Of a stretch of 64,000 nucleotides of DNA, positions 36,884 through 45,873 are shown one piece after another. Each line of letters opens with the position of its first letter. Within the stretch, counting starts at the first letter, position 1. The notes under the pieces were generated by a model, which saw only the letters and a list, made by a program, of their open reading frames with translations, searched no databases and was not told where the DNA came from. Source of the DNA: a virus; the IMG/VR virus record IMGVR_UViG_3300043436_003813, positions 6,355 to 70,354 of that record. One strand, given 5' to 3'. A program made the translations under genes and the position numbers.

Positions 36884-38263
36884 TTACTCTCCGCTGCCAA
36901 TCGCAGCATCAAGGGCGCTGCCGCCGTCGCGGGTGAGGAGGGATTGCAGGTCAAGGGCCTGCTTCTTGGCCGGGGGCGTGGCACCGACAGCGCGGGCGTT
37001 CGTAGCGGGCGTGGAGCGTCCACCATTGCGCACCTTGTCCAACTCTGCCTCGCGCTCTTTAAGCTGTGTCTGAAGCTGGGCAATGAGGGCATCCTTGGCC
37101 GCGAGGCGCTTGGCCGTCACGGGAGCCTTCGCAGCCACCTTCGCAGCCTCAAGCAACTCCTCTTGCGTCGCCGTAGAGAGGAACTTGACGAGGCGGTTGC
37201 GGGCTTCCGCACGCTCGGCTTTGTCCTCACCCTCTACGTCCTTGAGGTCTTCGTCGTTTGCGAACTGCGCATCCACCCAATCCTTCACCTTCTTCTTGTT
37301 CGCCTCTTGGGCGGCGGTGAGCTGGGCTTGCTCCTCTTGCTGCTTCTTGGAGAGGCTGGCGAAGTGGTCCTTGGCGCGGGCGCGTTCGGATTCAAGGTAG
37401 GCTTGCTTCTGGATTTCCAGCTTGGACTGCTCGCCCACGAGGGATTTGACGGTCTCGCGGTCGGTGAAGTTCATGCGCTTCAGCCAATCGTCCACGACTT
37501 CGGAGGCGGAGATGGTGACGGATTCGCCGTTCTCGTCCTTGACCTGATAGGTCTTAGGGCTTTTGGCGAACGCAGCTAAACCGCCGTGCTTCTGGATTTC
37601 AGCAAGCGTGGCGTCACCGAGTCCGTAGCCCTTCAGCGTGGAGGCAATGCGCTCCTCTGCCAACTTGGCGGGCTTCACAAACCGCTCCTCAATCTCGGGC
37701 AGACGCTCCACCTCGTAGAGGCGCTTGTATTGCAGGAGTTCGTCCTCAATCACCTTGGCCTTGGCGGCGGTTTCCTCGCGGGCTTTCTTGAGGTCTTCGA
37801 GTTCCTGCGTGGCGGCGGGGGTGAGCTTGGACTTCTCCTCCAACTCCTTGATGCGGGCCTCGCGCTCGGACGCCGCCTTCTCCATCGCGGCAGCCTTTTC
37901 CTCGGCAGTCTTCCACTTGGAATGAAGGGCCTTGAAGCGGGCCTGCGTCTTGGGCTTGTCGTGGGGCGAGGGAGCAAGCTCCTCATCTGTCACGGTGTCC
38001 TCGGGCTTGGGGCCTGCCGGTTTGGCGTCGGCGGGCTTGGCCTCGGGGGCGGGCGTCTCAGCCTTCGGCTTCTCCTCGGCTACGGGGGGCTGCTCCTTCT
38101 CCTTCTCGGCGGCGGCGGTAATCGCGGCATCCAATGCACCAGCGAGGTCAAAGGAGATTTCGGGGGACGAGCCCTGTTCAGACGCGGGAGGCGTGTTGGC
38201 GTTGTCCACTTGGGCGACTGGCGGGGGCGCGTCGGTGGGTTCGGTGATGATGGGGTCTGCCAT
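36884..38263 (-). CDS. Capsid scaffolding protein
   Basis: Acidic Pro-rich N-terminus, long coiled coils, lies between portal and capsid. Confidence 0.7.
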   Translation of the reverse strand: MADPIITEPTDAPPPVAQVDNANTPPASEQGSSPEISFDLAGALDAAITAAAEKEKEQPPVAEEKPKAETPAPEAKPADAKPAGPKPEDTVTDEELAPSPHDKPKTQARFKALHSKWKTAEEKAAAMEKAASEREARIKELEEKSKLTPAATQELEDLKKAREETAAKAKVIEDELLQYKRLYEVERLPEIEERFVKPAKLAEERIASTLKGYGLGDATLAEIQKHGGLAAFAKSPKTYQVKDENGESVTISASEVVDDWLKRMNFTDRETVKSLVGEQSKLEIQKQAYLESERARAKDHFASLSKKQQEEQAQLTAAQEANKKKVKDWVDAQFANDEDLKDVEGEDKAERAEARNRLVKFLSTATQEELLEAAKVAAKAPVTAKRLAAKDALIAQLQTQLKEREAELDKVRNGGRSTPATNARAVGATPPAKKQALDLQSLLTRDGGSALDAAIGSGE

Positions 38264-38272
38264 AAAAGTGTC

Positions 38273-38545
38273 TTACTGTTCGCGGGGCGCTTGGCGCTCT
38301 AGGGTTTGCGTGGCGTCGGGGTCTTCCTTCTTCACCGGATGGGTGGCGAGGGCTTCCCATATCATGCGGAGGCTGTAGCGGTAGCCGTCCACCATGCCGG
38401 CGTGGTAGGTCATAATGTGAGCGGAGGGGTCAAGCGCCGTGATTGGCATGAGGTCATTTAACGCCTCAAGACCCTCTTGGCCTTCCTTGCTGAGAAGGAA
38501 CTTGCGCCAAGCGTCGATGGTTTTACGCGGGAGTTCTGTTGCCAT
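38273..38545 (-). CDS. Small head-module protein
   Basis: WRKFLLSKEGQEGLEAL...YHAG pattern typical of portal-adjacent genes. Confidence 0.6.
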   Translation of the reverse strand: MATELPRKTIDAWRKFLLSKEGQEGLEALNDLMPITALDPSAHIMTYHAGMVDGYRYSLRMIWEALATHPVKKEDPDATQTLERQAPREQ

Positions 38546-38556
38546 GGTTATGCGTA

Positions 38557-38769
38557 TTAAGCCCAAGGGTTCTTTGCGCGAGCCGGAGCCTTTGTCTTGA
38601 ACAATAGGCTAAACGCGGTGGGGACCCATGCCCACAAACAAAGCAACAAGTAGTCGTCGCAATAAATCAGGCGACAAGTCCCGTTTTCCTGACGATACAG
38701 GTGGGACACTTTCATACGAAGCAAGCCGGTGCTCCAGTCCCAAATGAAGTTGGTTTCCTTGAATCTCAT
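38557..38769 (-). CDS. Hypothetical protein
   Basis: 70-aa ORF, ataaccATG start. Confidence 0.4.
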   Translation of the reverse strand: MRFKETNFIWDWSTGLLRMKVSHLYRQENGTCRLIYCDDYLLLCLWAWVPTAFSLLFKTKAPARAKNPWA

Positions 38770-38819
38770 GGTTATTGTGCCGGCGAGTTTGCTGTTCTCG
38801 CGCGGCCTGTCAACGGGGT

Positions 38820-39023
38820 TTATGCTCGAAAGAATGGCAGGCGCTCAAGCTGCCTCAGCACCCATCGCTTTCGACGGAAAACAACCATCTTACGCTGCAT
38901 AGCGGGATGAACCTTCGGCATTGCGTGAGCAGTTGCCGTTGTTTCCGATATCGGGGCGGGGCATTCGCCGTGCATCCAGTGAGTCTGCCCGCATTTGTAG
39001 CAACGGGTGTGTCCGCTATACAT
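38820..39023 (-). CDS. Small Zn-knuckle-like protein
   Basis: CYKCGQTHWMHGEC. Confidence 0.45.
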   Translation of the reverse strand: MYSGHTRCYKCGQTHWMHGECPAPISETTATAHAMPKVHPAMQRKMVVFRRKRWVLRQLERLPFFRA

Positions 39024-39030
39024 GGTAAAG

Positions 39031-41133
39031 CTATGGCTGTGGCTGAGCCTGCTGCTCCATAGGCATGCCTTGCCGCGCCATAGCTTGCTGCTGGACGGCG
39101 AGTGCCTGTTGCTGCGCAGCCAGAGACTCCTGAATGGCCTTGTCCACCGTGGCGATGAAAGACTTCTCTTCGTTGCCTTCGTTGCCGCCCCACAGCTTGT
39201 TTGCCGTAGCTGCTGCCCAGTGTGCGGATAGATGATCCAGTCCTAGCTTGAGGTTTTGCGGGGCGACGGAGTTCGTCTCCATAGCCTTAACCATGAGGCC
39301 CTTTAGCACACGATAGTGGGGAATGTGTGGGTCGGAGGGAGCCACCGGAACCGGCACGCCATTGAGGAAGCTGTTGGCCTCAAGGATTTGTGCCCGCTCT
39401 GCGACCACCATCTGCTCGTTATTGGCGGAATCGTCCATGACGATGGCTTGGGCGAAAGAGGCCCCGAGCGGGCTGGCCATAGTCTGTGCCGCGAACTGTT
39501 GGTTGAAGAGTTGGTTGCCGAGCACGGAACCGGCGAACTGCGCGCGCTGGACGGCGCGATACTCCGTGAAGTCAATCACCGTCTGGACAGCGGGCTGGTC
39601 ACGGAGCACGTCAATCTCCTCCTCGGTGAGGCGGAGTAATAGCTTCTTGCGTAGCTTCTTCACCTCTGGGAGGGGGCTGTCTTTGCGTGTAGCGCGGCGC
39701 GTCATAGCGTGCGCGAGCACGGCGAACTGCGTAAGCCAGTTATCGAGGTTGGTGTTCTTCACCTCCTCCTCTTTCTGCATGGCCGCGTTCACCTGTGCGG
39801 CCTTGATGTCCGACGCCTGAAGCGGGATGGGGGGCACGTATTGCCCGACCTTCTCCGTGGCGTAGCGTTCCATCTCGGCGGAGAGGCGGATGTAGGCTTC
39901 GGGGCTCGGGGCGATGCCGCCGACGTTCTGCGCGAAGTTGGCCCCCGTCACCACGATCATGTCGTCAAGGTTCTGCACCTTCACCTGATTGATGTTCTTG
40001 GCCTCCGGCACCTGCAACCGCTGCTTGTTCGTAAGCCGCATGTTGTCGATGGAGTCGTTGCGCAGCTTCTCCACCTGCTGGGCCATGTCGAAAAGGAGTT
40101 GGCCCGCGCCCCACGCACCGTGAATCGTGCCGTCCCCGTAGGCGAAAACGATGGGCACGCAACTATCAAACATCGTGTCCGTCTCGTCCAGCTTCTCAAA
40201 GAGCAAGCCGTCGCCGCCGTCTGTCATTGCCACGCCGTTCTGGCTGTCGTCCCACAAAACGTAGTGGCTAACCTTCCCCGTCACTTCCTTGGCGAAGAGG
40301 TGGATGGTTTCGATGACCTTGTAGCCCTTGTTGTAGTCGTAGCGGTAGGCACCCTGCCGGACTAGTTCTGCGAAGGTGCGGTATTCCGGCTCCTCTGTGT
40401 TTGTGGTGGCCGGGGCGCTGGCGTTGTTGATGGCCTTGACGCAGGCTTCTTCTTTCCATTCTTTGCGCCCGGCGTCCTTGTTGGCCTTTAGGAGGGCTAG
40501 GAGTTCGTGGGGCTTATACTGCCATCGCACCATGAAGAACTGCGGCTCATCCATTACCTCCGTGCCCTTGGGGACAAAGCCCTTGTCCTGACGCACCAGC
40601 TTCGGCTTCCACTCGTATTCGTCAAAGTAGGCGTTGAAGCAGTAGCCGAGTTCAGCCACCTCTTGGGCCATGCCCTGAACGTAGAAGTTCCATTGAGGCC
40701 ACGAGCGGATGAAGTCCGTCATGCACTCACGGAACCATTCCGTCTTCTTGGCACCATCCGGCCACGGGGAGCCGTCTTCTTTGTAGGCGGGGAGGCTGGC
40801 GGCGGTGAGATACTTGGCGGTCTTTACCGGCTGGATGAAGCGGGGGACGAGGCGCGCAATCTGCGTGGCCATGAAGCCCGTGGAGACGTTGGACTTCCAC
40901 CCCTTGTTCTGGTTATTGAGCTTTTTCTGGTCTTGTGGCCGTCGCCCATTTCTTAGTTCAATAATCTTGGCGGCATTGGCTACGAGAACCTTTGCGTCCT
41001 CACGCAGGTTCTCCGCTACGGCGTAGGCTTGGCCGGGGGAGGTGATGACGCGCTGCTCCGATTCTAGGGAGGGCGTGATTTCGGGTTCGTTGCCTAGGGC
41101 TTCGCCTTGCGCACCAATCGTGTCGAGTTCCAT
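39031..41133 (-). CDS. Portal protein
   Basis: About 700 aa, first head gene; DPHIPHYRV motif; Q-rich C-terminus of podovirus portals. Confidence 0.75.
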   Translation of the reverse strand: MELDTIGAQGEALGNEPEITPSLESEQRVITSPGQAYAVAENLREDAKVLVANAAKIIELRNGRRPQDQKKLNNQNKGWKSNVSTGFMATQIARLVPRFIQPVKTAKYLTAASLPAYKEDGSPWPDGAKKTEWFRECMTDFIRSWPQWNFYVQGMAQEVAELGYCFNAYFDEYEWKPKLVRQDKGFVPKGTEVMDEPQFFMVRWQYKPHELLALLKANKDAGRKEWKEEACVKAINNASAPATTNTEEPEYRTFAELVRQGAYRYDYNKGYKVIETIHLFAKEVTGKVSHYVLWDDSQNGVAMTDGGDGLLFEKLDETDTMFDSCVPIVFAYGDGTIHGAWGAGQLLFDMAQQVEKLRNDSIDNMRLTNKQRLQVPEAKNINQVKVQNLDDMIVVTGANFAQNVGGIAPSPEAYIRLSAEMERYATEKVGQYVPPIPLQASDIKAAQVNAAMQKEEEVKNTNLDNWLTQFAVLAHAMTRRATRKDSPLPEVKKLRKKLLLRLTEEEIDVLRDQPAVQTVIDFTEYRAVQRAQFAGSVLGNQLFNQQFAAQTMASPLGASFAQAIVMDDSANNEQMVVAERAQILEANSFLNGVPVPVAPSDPHIPHYRVLKGLMVKAMETNSVAPQNLKLGLDHLSAHWAAATANKLWGGNEGNEEKSFIATVDKAIQESLAAQQQALAVQQQAMARQGMPMEQQAQPQP

Positions 41134-41188
41134 AGCCACCAAATTGTGGGTTTAGTGGCTCTGGCAAGGGGAAATTGCTACGTTTCCC

Positions 41189-42970
41189 TTAGTCGAAAGC
41201 GGAATATGTGCGGGACGGGGCGTGGTAGCGCAGCTTCTTGAAGCAAATCTTCTGCCCGATTCGGTTCTTGAAGAGATACATGATGGCGTCGTGGTCGCCA
41301 GCCTTCTGCAATGCGTTCATGTCTCCCTCTTGATTGGCCCTCTCCTTCGATTTGTTTCGCCAGATGGATATGCCGTTGTGTGCCGCCGCCACGATGCCTT
41401 GCCCGCCAAGGATATTGTGGCCCTCTGGAACGTTCTCCTCACCCTTCCCACCCTTGGCGTCGGCGTGCGCAACAAGAACGTGGTGGCAGTTGTTGCGAAC
41501 CGAGAACTTGGCCCCCATCTTAGCCACGTCTTCCTGCCCGCCCCAATCGTCTTTTTGGACGAGGAACATCAAGGAGTCGGTGACGAACCGCTTGCAGTCA
41601 AAACGGCGAAGGGCGTAAGCGTAGTCGTCAAATAGCTCCGTGTAAGACATCTTCCGGTCGTCGCACGCTTCAATAAACCACAGCTTCTCCGCGAACCACT
41701 GAATCTCTATGGCCACCTCGTCTGGTTTTGGCGGGCGTCCCAGCTTGATTGCCAGCAACTCAAAGAGCATATCGTGCGGAGGAATCTCAAACGAGGCGAT
41801 GCACACCCGCTGGCCCTTCTTCATCTCCGCAAGCATGGCTCCGTATAACCACGCAGACTTCCCATGGAACGGATAGCCCGTCAGAACCGTGCTTTCACCG
41901 TCTCGAAAGTCCCACGGCACCCCTCGGATAAAGAAGTCGGGCTGCTGCTCGACGGAGTGGAATCGTTCAGCGCGTGCGATGAGCCCCTTCTGGTAGGCCG
42001 TCGCGGCTTGAATCGTGGGCGGGTCAAAGGTCTTGGCCTCTGCTATCCATGCGCCCACCTCAATGGCCCGCTCGTCCCCGCAGTTCAGCGCCTCGTTGGC
42101 ATCCTTGCTGGGGGCTGGAACACGAAGCCGGAAGCAGCGGGCGCGGCCAAGACGTTTCGCAGCCTCCTCTGCTCCTTTGTCCCCGGCATCGTCGTTGTCG
42201 AACAGCAGGTAAATCACCTCAAACTGAAGCAGGGCGTCAAAGTCGTTGTCGATCCACGTCATGTTGGACGCGCCAGCGGGAAGACTCAGGACCGGGTATG
42301 GCGCCCCCATCTGCGCCACGGACATGGCATCCCATTCGCCCTCGGTGATGATGATGCCTCGCGTCTCCTGCGTGACCAGCCACCAGCCCCAAAGGGTGTA
42401 GAATGGGGGCGTGCTCCAAATGTCCTTTTTTCCCTTCTCGTCTTTCTTGATGCCCGTGCTTTTGAGGAAGGCGGGCTCGCCAGCGGGCGTGTAGAACTGA
42501 AAGCCAACAAAGTCGGTGTTGATCGCGCTCTTTCGCTCGTGGCTGCGAACTCGGTAGGTCTTCAGCGTCTCATCCTTTATGCCGCGCTCCTCGTTGGCGT
42601 ATTTAACCGCAGGCGTCTTGGAGATTGGCTTTAGTTCCGCCTTGTTGAACCCCGTAGGCTTAGCCCGTGCCACTGCCGGTTTCACGGACGTTACCCCAAG
42701 GAACTTTCGTGCCTCGTCCAGCGCGTCTTTAAAGGAGCATCCGCGAACGGCCATGACTAAATCGAAGATGCCGCCTTTTCCGAAACCACCGAACTCTTGC
42801 CAAAGGCCCGCCTTCTGACCGGAAAGCACGATTTTAAGCGATTCTCCGGGTGCCCCCGTCAAATCACCCACACACCACTCATTGCCCTTCTTTTTGCCGT
42901 TTGGCAGCAAATGACCGAGGAAGGCCAGCATTTGTCCGTTCAAGCGATTTCTTACTTCTTGTGCATCCAT
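41189..42970 (-). CDS. DNA primase-helicase (T7 gp4/Twinkle-like)
   Basis: TOPRIM IITEGEWDAMS, SLPAGA, LFDNDDAG, KDANE; Walker A GYPFHGKS; SFEI, VTDSL, LVAH, KNR. Confidence 0.9.
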   Translation of the reverse strand: MDAQEVRNRLNGQMLAFLGHLLPNGKKKGNEWCVGDLTGAPGESLKIVLSGQKAGLWQEFGGFGKGGIFDLVMAVRGCSFKDALDEARKFLGVTSVKPAVARAKPTGFNKAELKPISKTPAVKYANEERGIKDETLKTYRVRSHERKSAINTDFVGFQFYTPAGEPAFLKSTGIKKDEKGKKDIWSTPPFYTLWGWWLVTQETRGIIITEGEWDAMSVAQMGAPYPVLSLPAGASNMTWIDNDFDALLQFEVIYLLFDNDDAGDKGAEEAAKRLGRARCFRLRVPAPSKDANEALNCGDERAIEVGAWIAEAKTFDPPTIQAATAYQKGLIARAERFHSVEQQPDFFIRGVPWDFRDGESTVLTGYPFHGKSAWLYGAMLAEMKKGQRVCIASFEIPPHDMLFELLAIKLGRPPKPDEVAIEIQWFAEKLWFIEACDDRKMSYTELFDDYAYALRRFDCKRFVTDSLMFLVQKDDWGGQEDVAKMGAKFSVRNNCHHVLVAHADAKGGKGEENVPEGHNILGGQGIVAAAHNGISIWRNKSKERANQEGDMNALQKAGDHDAIMYLFKNRIGQKICFKKLRYHAPSRTYSAFD

Positions 42971-42976
42971 GTTGGG

Positions 42977-43642
42977 TTATTCGTCAAAGTTGTTGCCACG
43001 AAGCGCGTGCCAGCGAACGGCACCAGAAACGTCACGCGGAGGCGAGGACATTGTGAGGAGCTGCTTGTCACTGTATGTTTTGCTGGCGGTTATTTCGATT
43101 TCCATAGGTTCCTTGCGCCCGCGTTTGGGATGAAGTTCCGTGGCCGAAGGCGAAGGGATTGAAACTCCGATGACCTTCTGAGGGATTGGCTCTCTGTCAT
43201 AGTCTTCTTTGTTGTTTGTCTTCTTTGTTCTGGAAGCCGCCAATTTGGCGGGATGGTATGCCGCCAATTTGGCGGCATGGTCCTTTTCCGCCTCTTGGAT
43301 GCGCTCGCTAGTGAGGTGAAGGATACCGCCCTCGTTCAATCGGTAGCTTTTCTTCCGGCTAAACTTGCCCTCAAGTTGCGCAGACACAATCAGGCTGCCT
43401 TGTTCAAGTTCCACGAAAATGCGCTCAATCGTTCTCTCACTGAGGAACGGGAAGAAGTCATCCCGCCACTCCTTGTAACTGTTGTAAATCCAACGATGCC
43501 CCTCGTGAACCTTCCCATTCTTTGGGTCGTTAAGAAGGTAGGTAAGTTGCTGAAGCACGATGGCCTTCTCCAAGCCAAGGACTTTAGCGAGGGTGCGCTG
43601 GAAGCACATGGGCGACTCCGCCAGCAGCATGGAGCTATTCAT
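42977..43642 (-). CDS. Replication initiator (replisome-organiser-type wHTH)
   Basis: LAKVLGLEKAIVLQQL.Y, WIYNSYKEW...FPFLSERTIERIFVELE. Confidence 0.75.
   Translation of the reverse strand: MNSSMLLAESPMCFQRTLAKVLGLEKAIVLQQLTYLLNDPKNGKVHEGHRWIYNSYKEWRDDFFPFLSERTIERIFVELEQGSLIVSAQLEGKFSRKKSYRLNEGGILHLTSERIQEAEKDHAAKLAAYHPAKLAASRTKKTNNKEDYDREPIPQKVIGVSIPSPSATELHPKRGRKEPMEIEITASKTYSDKQLLTMSSPPRDVSGAVRWHALRGNNFDE
43203..43280. promoter_or_regulatory. Putative replication origin (iterons within the initiator gene)
   Basis: Two 21-bp repeats GCCGCCAATTTGGCGG(G/C)ATGG at 43236 and 43260, each near-palindromic, next to a T-rich tract. Confidence 0.55.
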
Positions 43643-43971
43643 GGCGGGACCACTCCTCAAACAGTCGGAAGCGAAGGCAAGTAACCGTCAGCGCCAGCCA
43701 TGCGGCAGCGTTCTCGACGGCGAGTAAAAGGCGGAAGATTATCCGCCCGATGTATTTTCTGCCACTGGGAATCATAGGGAAACAAGAAGGCCCCGAGAGG
43801 TGGTAGTCTCTCGGGGCCAAGTTCCCGAATGAACTTTGACTCGCCCAAACGCGAATTGGGCGCAGGAAATACCTACCGGAAGTGCTACCACGCACTCAAG
43901 AAAAAACTAACAACTAAGCTGAGAAATGACTCAGCCAACGGTGCAGACCGCTAGCGACTGTCAACAACTAT

Positions 43972-44178
43972 CTACGCCCTCTCTCGCCATTTTACGCAGA
44001 CCATTTCCGGGCCGCACTGCTGTGAATGAAGCGGGTGACGCGGATAGGGTGCCGACTTCCCGTCATCATCCTCGTAGCGCCATACGTTATCGGCACACAG
44101 TTTCTTCGGATGGCAGCAATAATTCTCCGCATCGGCGTAGAGGCAGTTGGTGCAGCGGCGGTCTTGGTATGGAATCAT
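43972..44178 (-). CDS. Small Cys-rich protein
   Basis: CTNC...CCHP...C pattern. Confidence 0.5.
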   Translation of the reverse strand: MIPYQDRRCTNCLYADAENYCCHPKKLCADNVWRYEDDDGKSAPYPRHPLHSQQCGPEMVCVKWRERA

Positions 44179-44182
44179 AAAG

Positions 44183-44395
44183 TCATTGCATCCATCGCGG
44201 ATATTTCACTGGCTCAATGTCCAGCACCTTGCCGGTCTTGATGGCTGGGGTGATGCGGATGTTGCCGCGCTCGTCTGTGTCCATGCTGCGCGCGTCGCGC
44301 TGATGGTCCGGGGCAACCCATGCGAGATTTGGGCCGTGGAAGCGTTTTGCGGGGCGGGGGCGGCCTTGGGGTTGGTCAGGGAAGAAACTGCGCAT
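44183..44395 (-). CDS. Hypothetical protein
   Basis: 70-aa ORF. Confidence 0.45.
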   Translation of the reverse strand: MRSFFPDQPQGRPRPAKRFHGPNLAWVAPDHQRDARSMDTDERGNIRITPAIKTGKVLDIEPVKYPRWMQ

Positions 44396-44425
44396 AAACG
44401 GACGCTAGGGCCATTTGCGGGCCTG

Positions 44426-44815
44426 TCACCATGAAAACGTCATCCCGTCCCAGTCGAACGCTCCCTCGGACCGGAACTTACTCACCCCAAGAATCTCAAG
44501 TCCGCTTTTGGTTAAGCCCCATAAGCCGCCAGATGGATGCAGCAAGGAGCAGTAAACGGGGGCCTCTTTCGCTCCCCATGCCTCAATGGCACCCGAGATT
44601 ACCTGAGTCGATGGCGTTTCGGGCTTGGTTTTAGAACAGAGGAAGATGCCTTTCCGATACTCCCTAATGGACCCGTCCTTCATTTGCTCCTTAACGCGAA
44701 GGGGCTGTGGCTCGAAGCCGGTGATGAAATACTTCGTGTGCCCGTCTGGTCTTTCCAGAAGGGGCAAGAGGTCATTAACCTCGATGCAGAACAGGGGGCA
44801 TGCTTTTTTTGTCAT
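44426..44815 (-). CDS. Hypothetical protein
   Basis: 129-aa ORF downstream of the tRNA. Confidence 0.55.
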   Translation of the reverse strand: MTKKACPLFCIEVNDLLPLLERPDGHTKYFITGFEPQPLRVKEQMKDGSIREYRKGIFLCSKTKPETPSTQVISGAIEAWGAKEAPVYCSLLHPSGGLWGLTKSGLEILGVSKFRSEGAFDWDGMTFSW

Positions 44816-44851
44816 AGGGAAATTACTTGCGGGCCTGTGTCAGTAAGGAAG

Positions 44852-44928
44852 TGGCGTCTCCGGCTGGACTTGAACCAGCAGCCACCGACTTAGAATGACG
44901 GTGCTCTGTCCGATTGAGCTACGAAGAC
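44852..44928 (-). tRNA. tRNA-Arg(UCU)
   Basis: GTCTTCG-TA-GCTC AATCGGACA GAGC-A-CCGTC ATTCTAA GTCGG-TGGCT-GCTGG TTCAAGT CCAGC-CGGAGAC-G-CCA; A20 Arg identity element. Confidence 0.88.
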
Positions 44929-44968
44929 GAAATCGCCCGCAAGCGCGGAGCATAGCGGGCGAAACGAA

Positions 44969-45139
44969 CTAACGATCAAAGTCGGCCTTGTCCACGATGT
45001 TTCCCGTAACGGTGTCACGGAACTTCGGGGGCATGTCTTTGCCGGTCTTGACGGGGTTGAGGACACGAACATTCTGACCGTAAACTCGGTCTTGGTATTC
45101 GTGGGGCTTGGTCTTTTCGGGTTTCAGTTTTTGGATCAT
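44969..45139 (-). CDS. Small hypothetical protein
   Basis: MIQKLKPE...HEYQDRVYGQNVRVLNP; aaaaccATG start. Confidence 0.6.
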   Translation of the reverse strand: MIQKLKPEKTKPHEYQDRVYGQNVRVLNPVKTGKDMPPKFRDTVTGNIVDKADFDR

Positions 45140-45169
45140 GGTTTTAGATTCCCTGATTGGGAAAGTGTA

Positions 45170-45336
45170 TCCCCCGCTGCGAGTGTCCGGCAGCGTAACC
45201 GCTGCGCTAGGCGTTGGCCTCGGATGTTGCACACACTCGCACTATGCCTTCGTATCTCAAGCCAGCATTTGAGCATTGCCCATTGGGCTAGAGGCGTAGG
45301 CTTGCGTTTCTGGCTCGGGCTGTGCAGCCACGGGGA
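45170..45336 (-). ncRNA. Structured ncRNA candidate (unit 5)
   Basis: Closing stem TCCCCG(TG)GCTGC/GCAGCGGGGGA; inner AGCCAG/CTGGCT, GCGAGTGT/ACACTCGC, GCAGCG-gtta-CGCTGC. Confidence 0.55.
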
Positions 45337-45339
45337 AAT

Positions 45340-45413
45340 TGGTGAGCCCGCTGAGATTTGAACTCAGCCTGTAAGCCGTTTCAGGCGTCTTCGTGGGCCG
45401 TAAGGCCGGGCTC
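45340..45413 (-). ncRNA. 74-nt tRNA-like RNA with aberrant D and anticodon arms
   Basis: Perfect acceptor GAGCCCG/CGGGCTC plus A-CCA; T-arm CTGAG-TTCAAAT-CTCAG. Confidence 0.7.
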
Positions 45414-45440
45414 GTAATTGGGAAAGAACAAAAGGATTCC

Positions 45441-45498
45441 ATCTGTGCCTACGGAGCCGGTCTCCTATCCCACGACAGGCGTGGGGCTTCGGCCAGAT
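45441..45498 (-). ncRNA. Structured ncRNA candidate (unit 3)
   Basis: ATCTG..GCC/GGC..CAGAT closing stem; CCACG-cctgt-CGTGG hairpin. Confidence 0.4.
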
Positions 45499-45508
45499 AG
45501 AAATGGTA

Positions 45509-45613
45509 TCCGCGTCCCCCTACCTGTTTCACTGGCCACACACATCCACATGAACAACACACAATCGTAGGCCGTCCGTAGGTCTCCTACGGCACCATGA
45601 CGGGGAACGCGGA
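45509..45613 (-). ncRNA. Structured ncRNA candidate (unit 2)
   Basis: 12-bp closing stem TCCGCGTTCCCC/GGGGGACGCGGA; CCGTAGG-aga-CCTACGG hairpin. Confidence 0.55.
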
Positions 45614-45620
45614 AAGGGTT

Positions 45621-45851
45621 GGGTGGGCCAGATTGGCTACTGGCTTTGTGGTCGATAGGCGTGTGCCGACGCCTCGTTTTAGTGCCCGCAGGTCAGTGTC
45701 GCCCCCTTTCACTCCCCCGTATCTGCTGGTCGGCAGGTAACACCTTTCGGCCTAGGGAGGGGCTATCGCTACGTTACCCCTGCTCTCCATTACGCGGATC
45801 ACCGGAATGGCTCTCGATTCACTGATTAACGGCTCAACTCCGTCGCCACCC
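45621..45851 (-). ncRNA. Structured ncRNA candidate (unit 1)
   Basis: GGGTGG/CCACCC closing stem, several inner hairpins, no credible ORF, directly downstream of a promoter. Confidence 0.45.
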
Positions 45852-45873
45852 AAAAGATCAAAGAACAGGCCAC

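Noticed and set aside
10389-42634. Many long plus-strand ORFs antisense to structural genes (e.g. 13194-14120, 29150-29959, 36584-37579)
   Set aside because: Shadow ORFs typical of high-GC coding DNA; no motifs, and fully overlapped by convincing minus-strand genes.
44852-44928. Amber suppressor tRNA (CTA) or recoded genome
   Set aside because: Cloverleaf register places TCT at 34-36, A20 indicates Arg, and long ORFs are intact under the standard code.
45257-45442. tmRNA (ORF ending ...QMLA* beside a tRNA-like domain)
   Set aside because: The acceptor stem has G3-C70 rather than G3-U70 and closes within 74 nt, and the ORF runs through the tRNA-like element; probably a chance reading.
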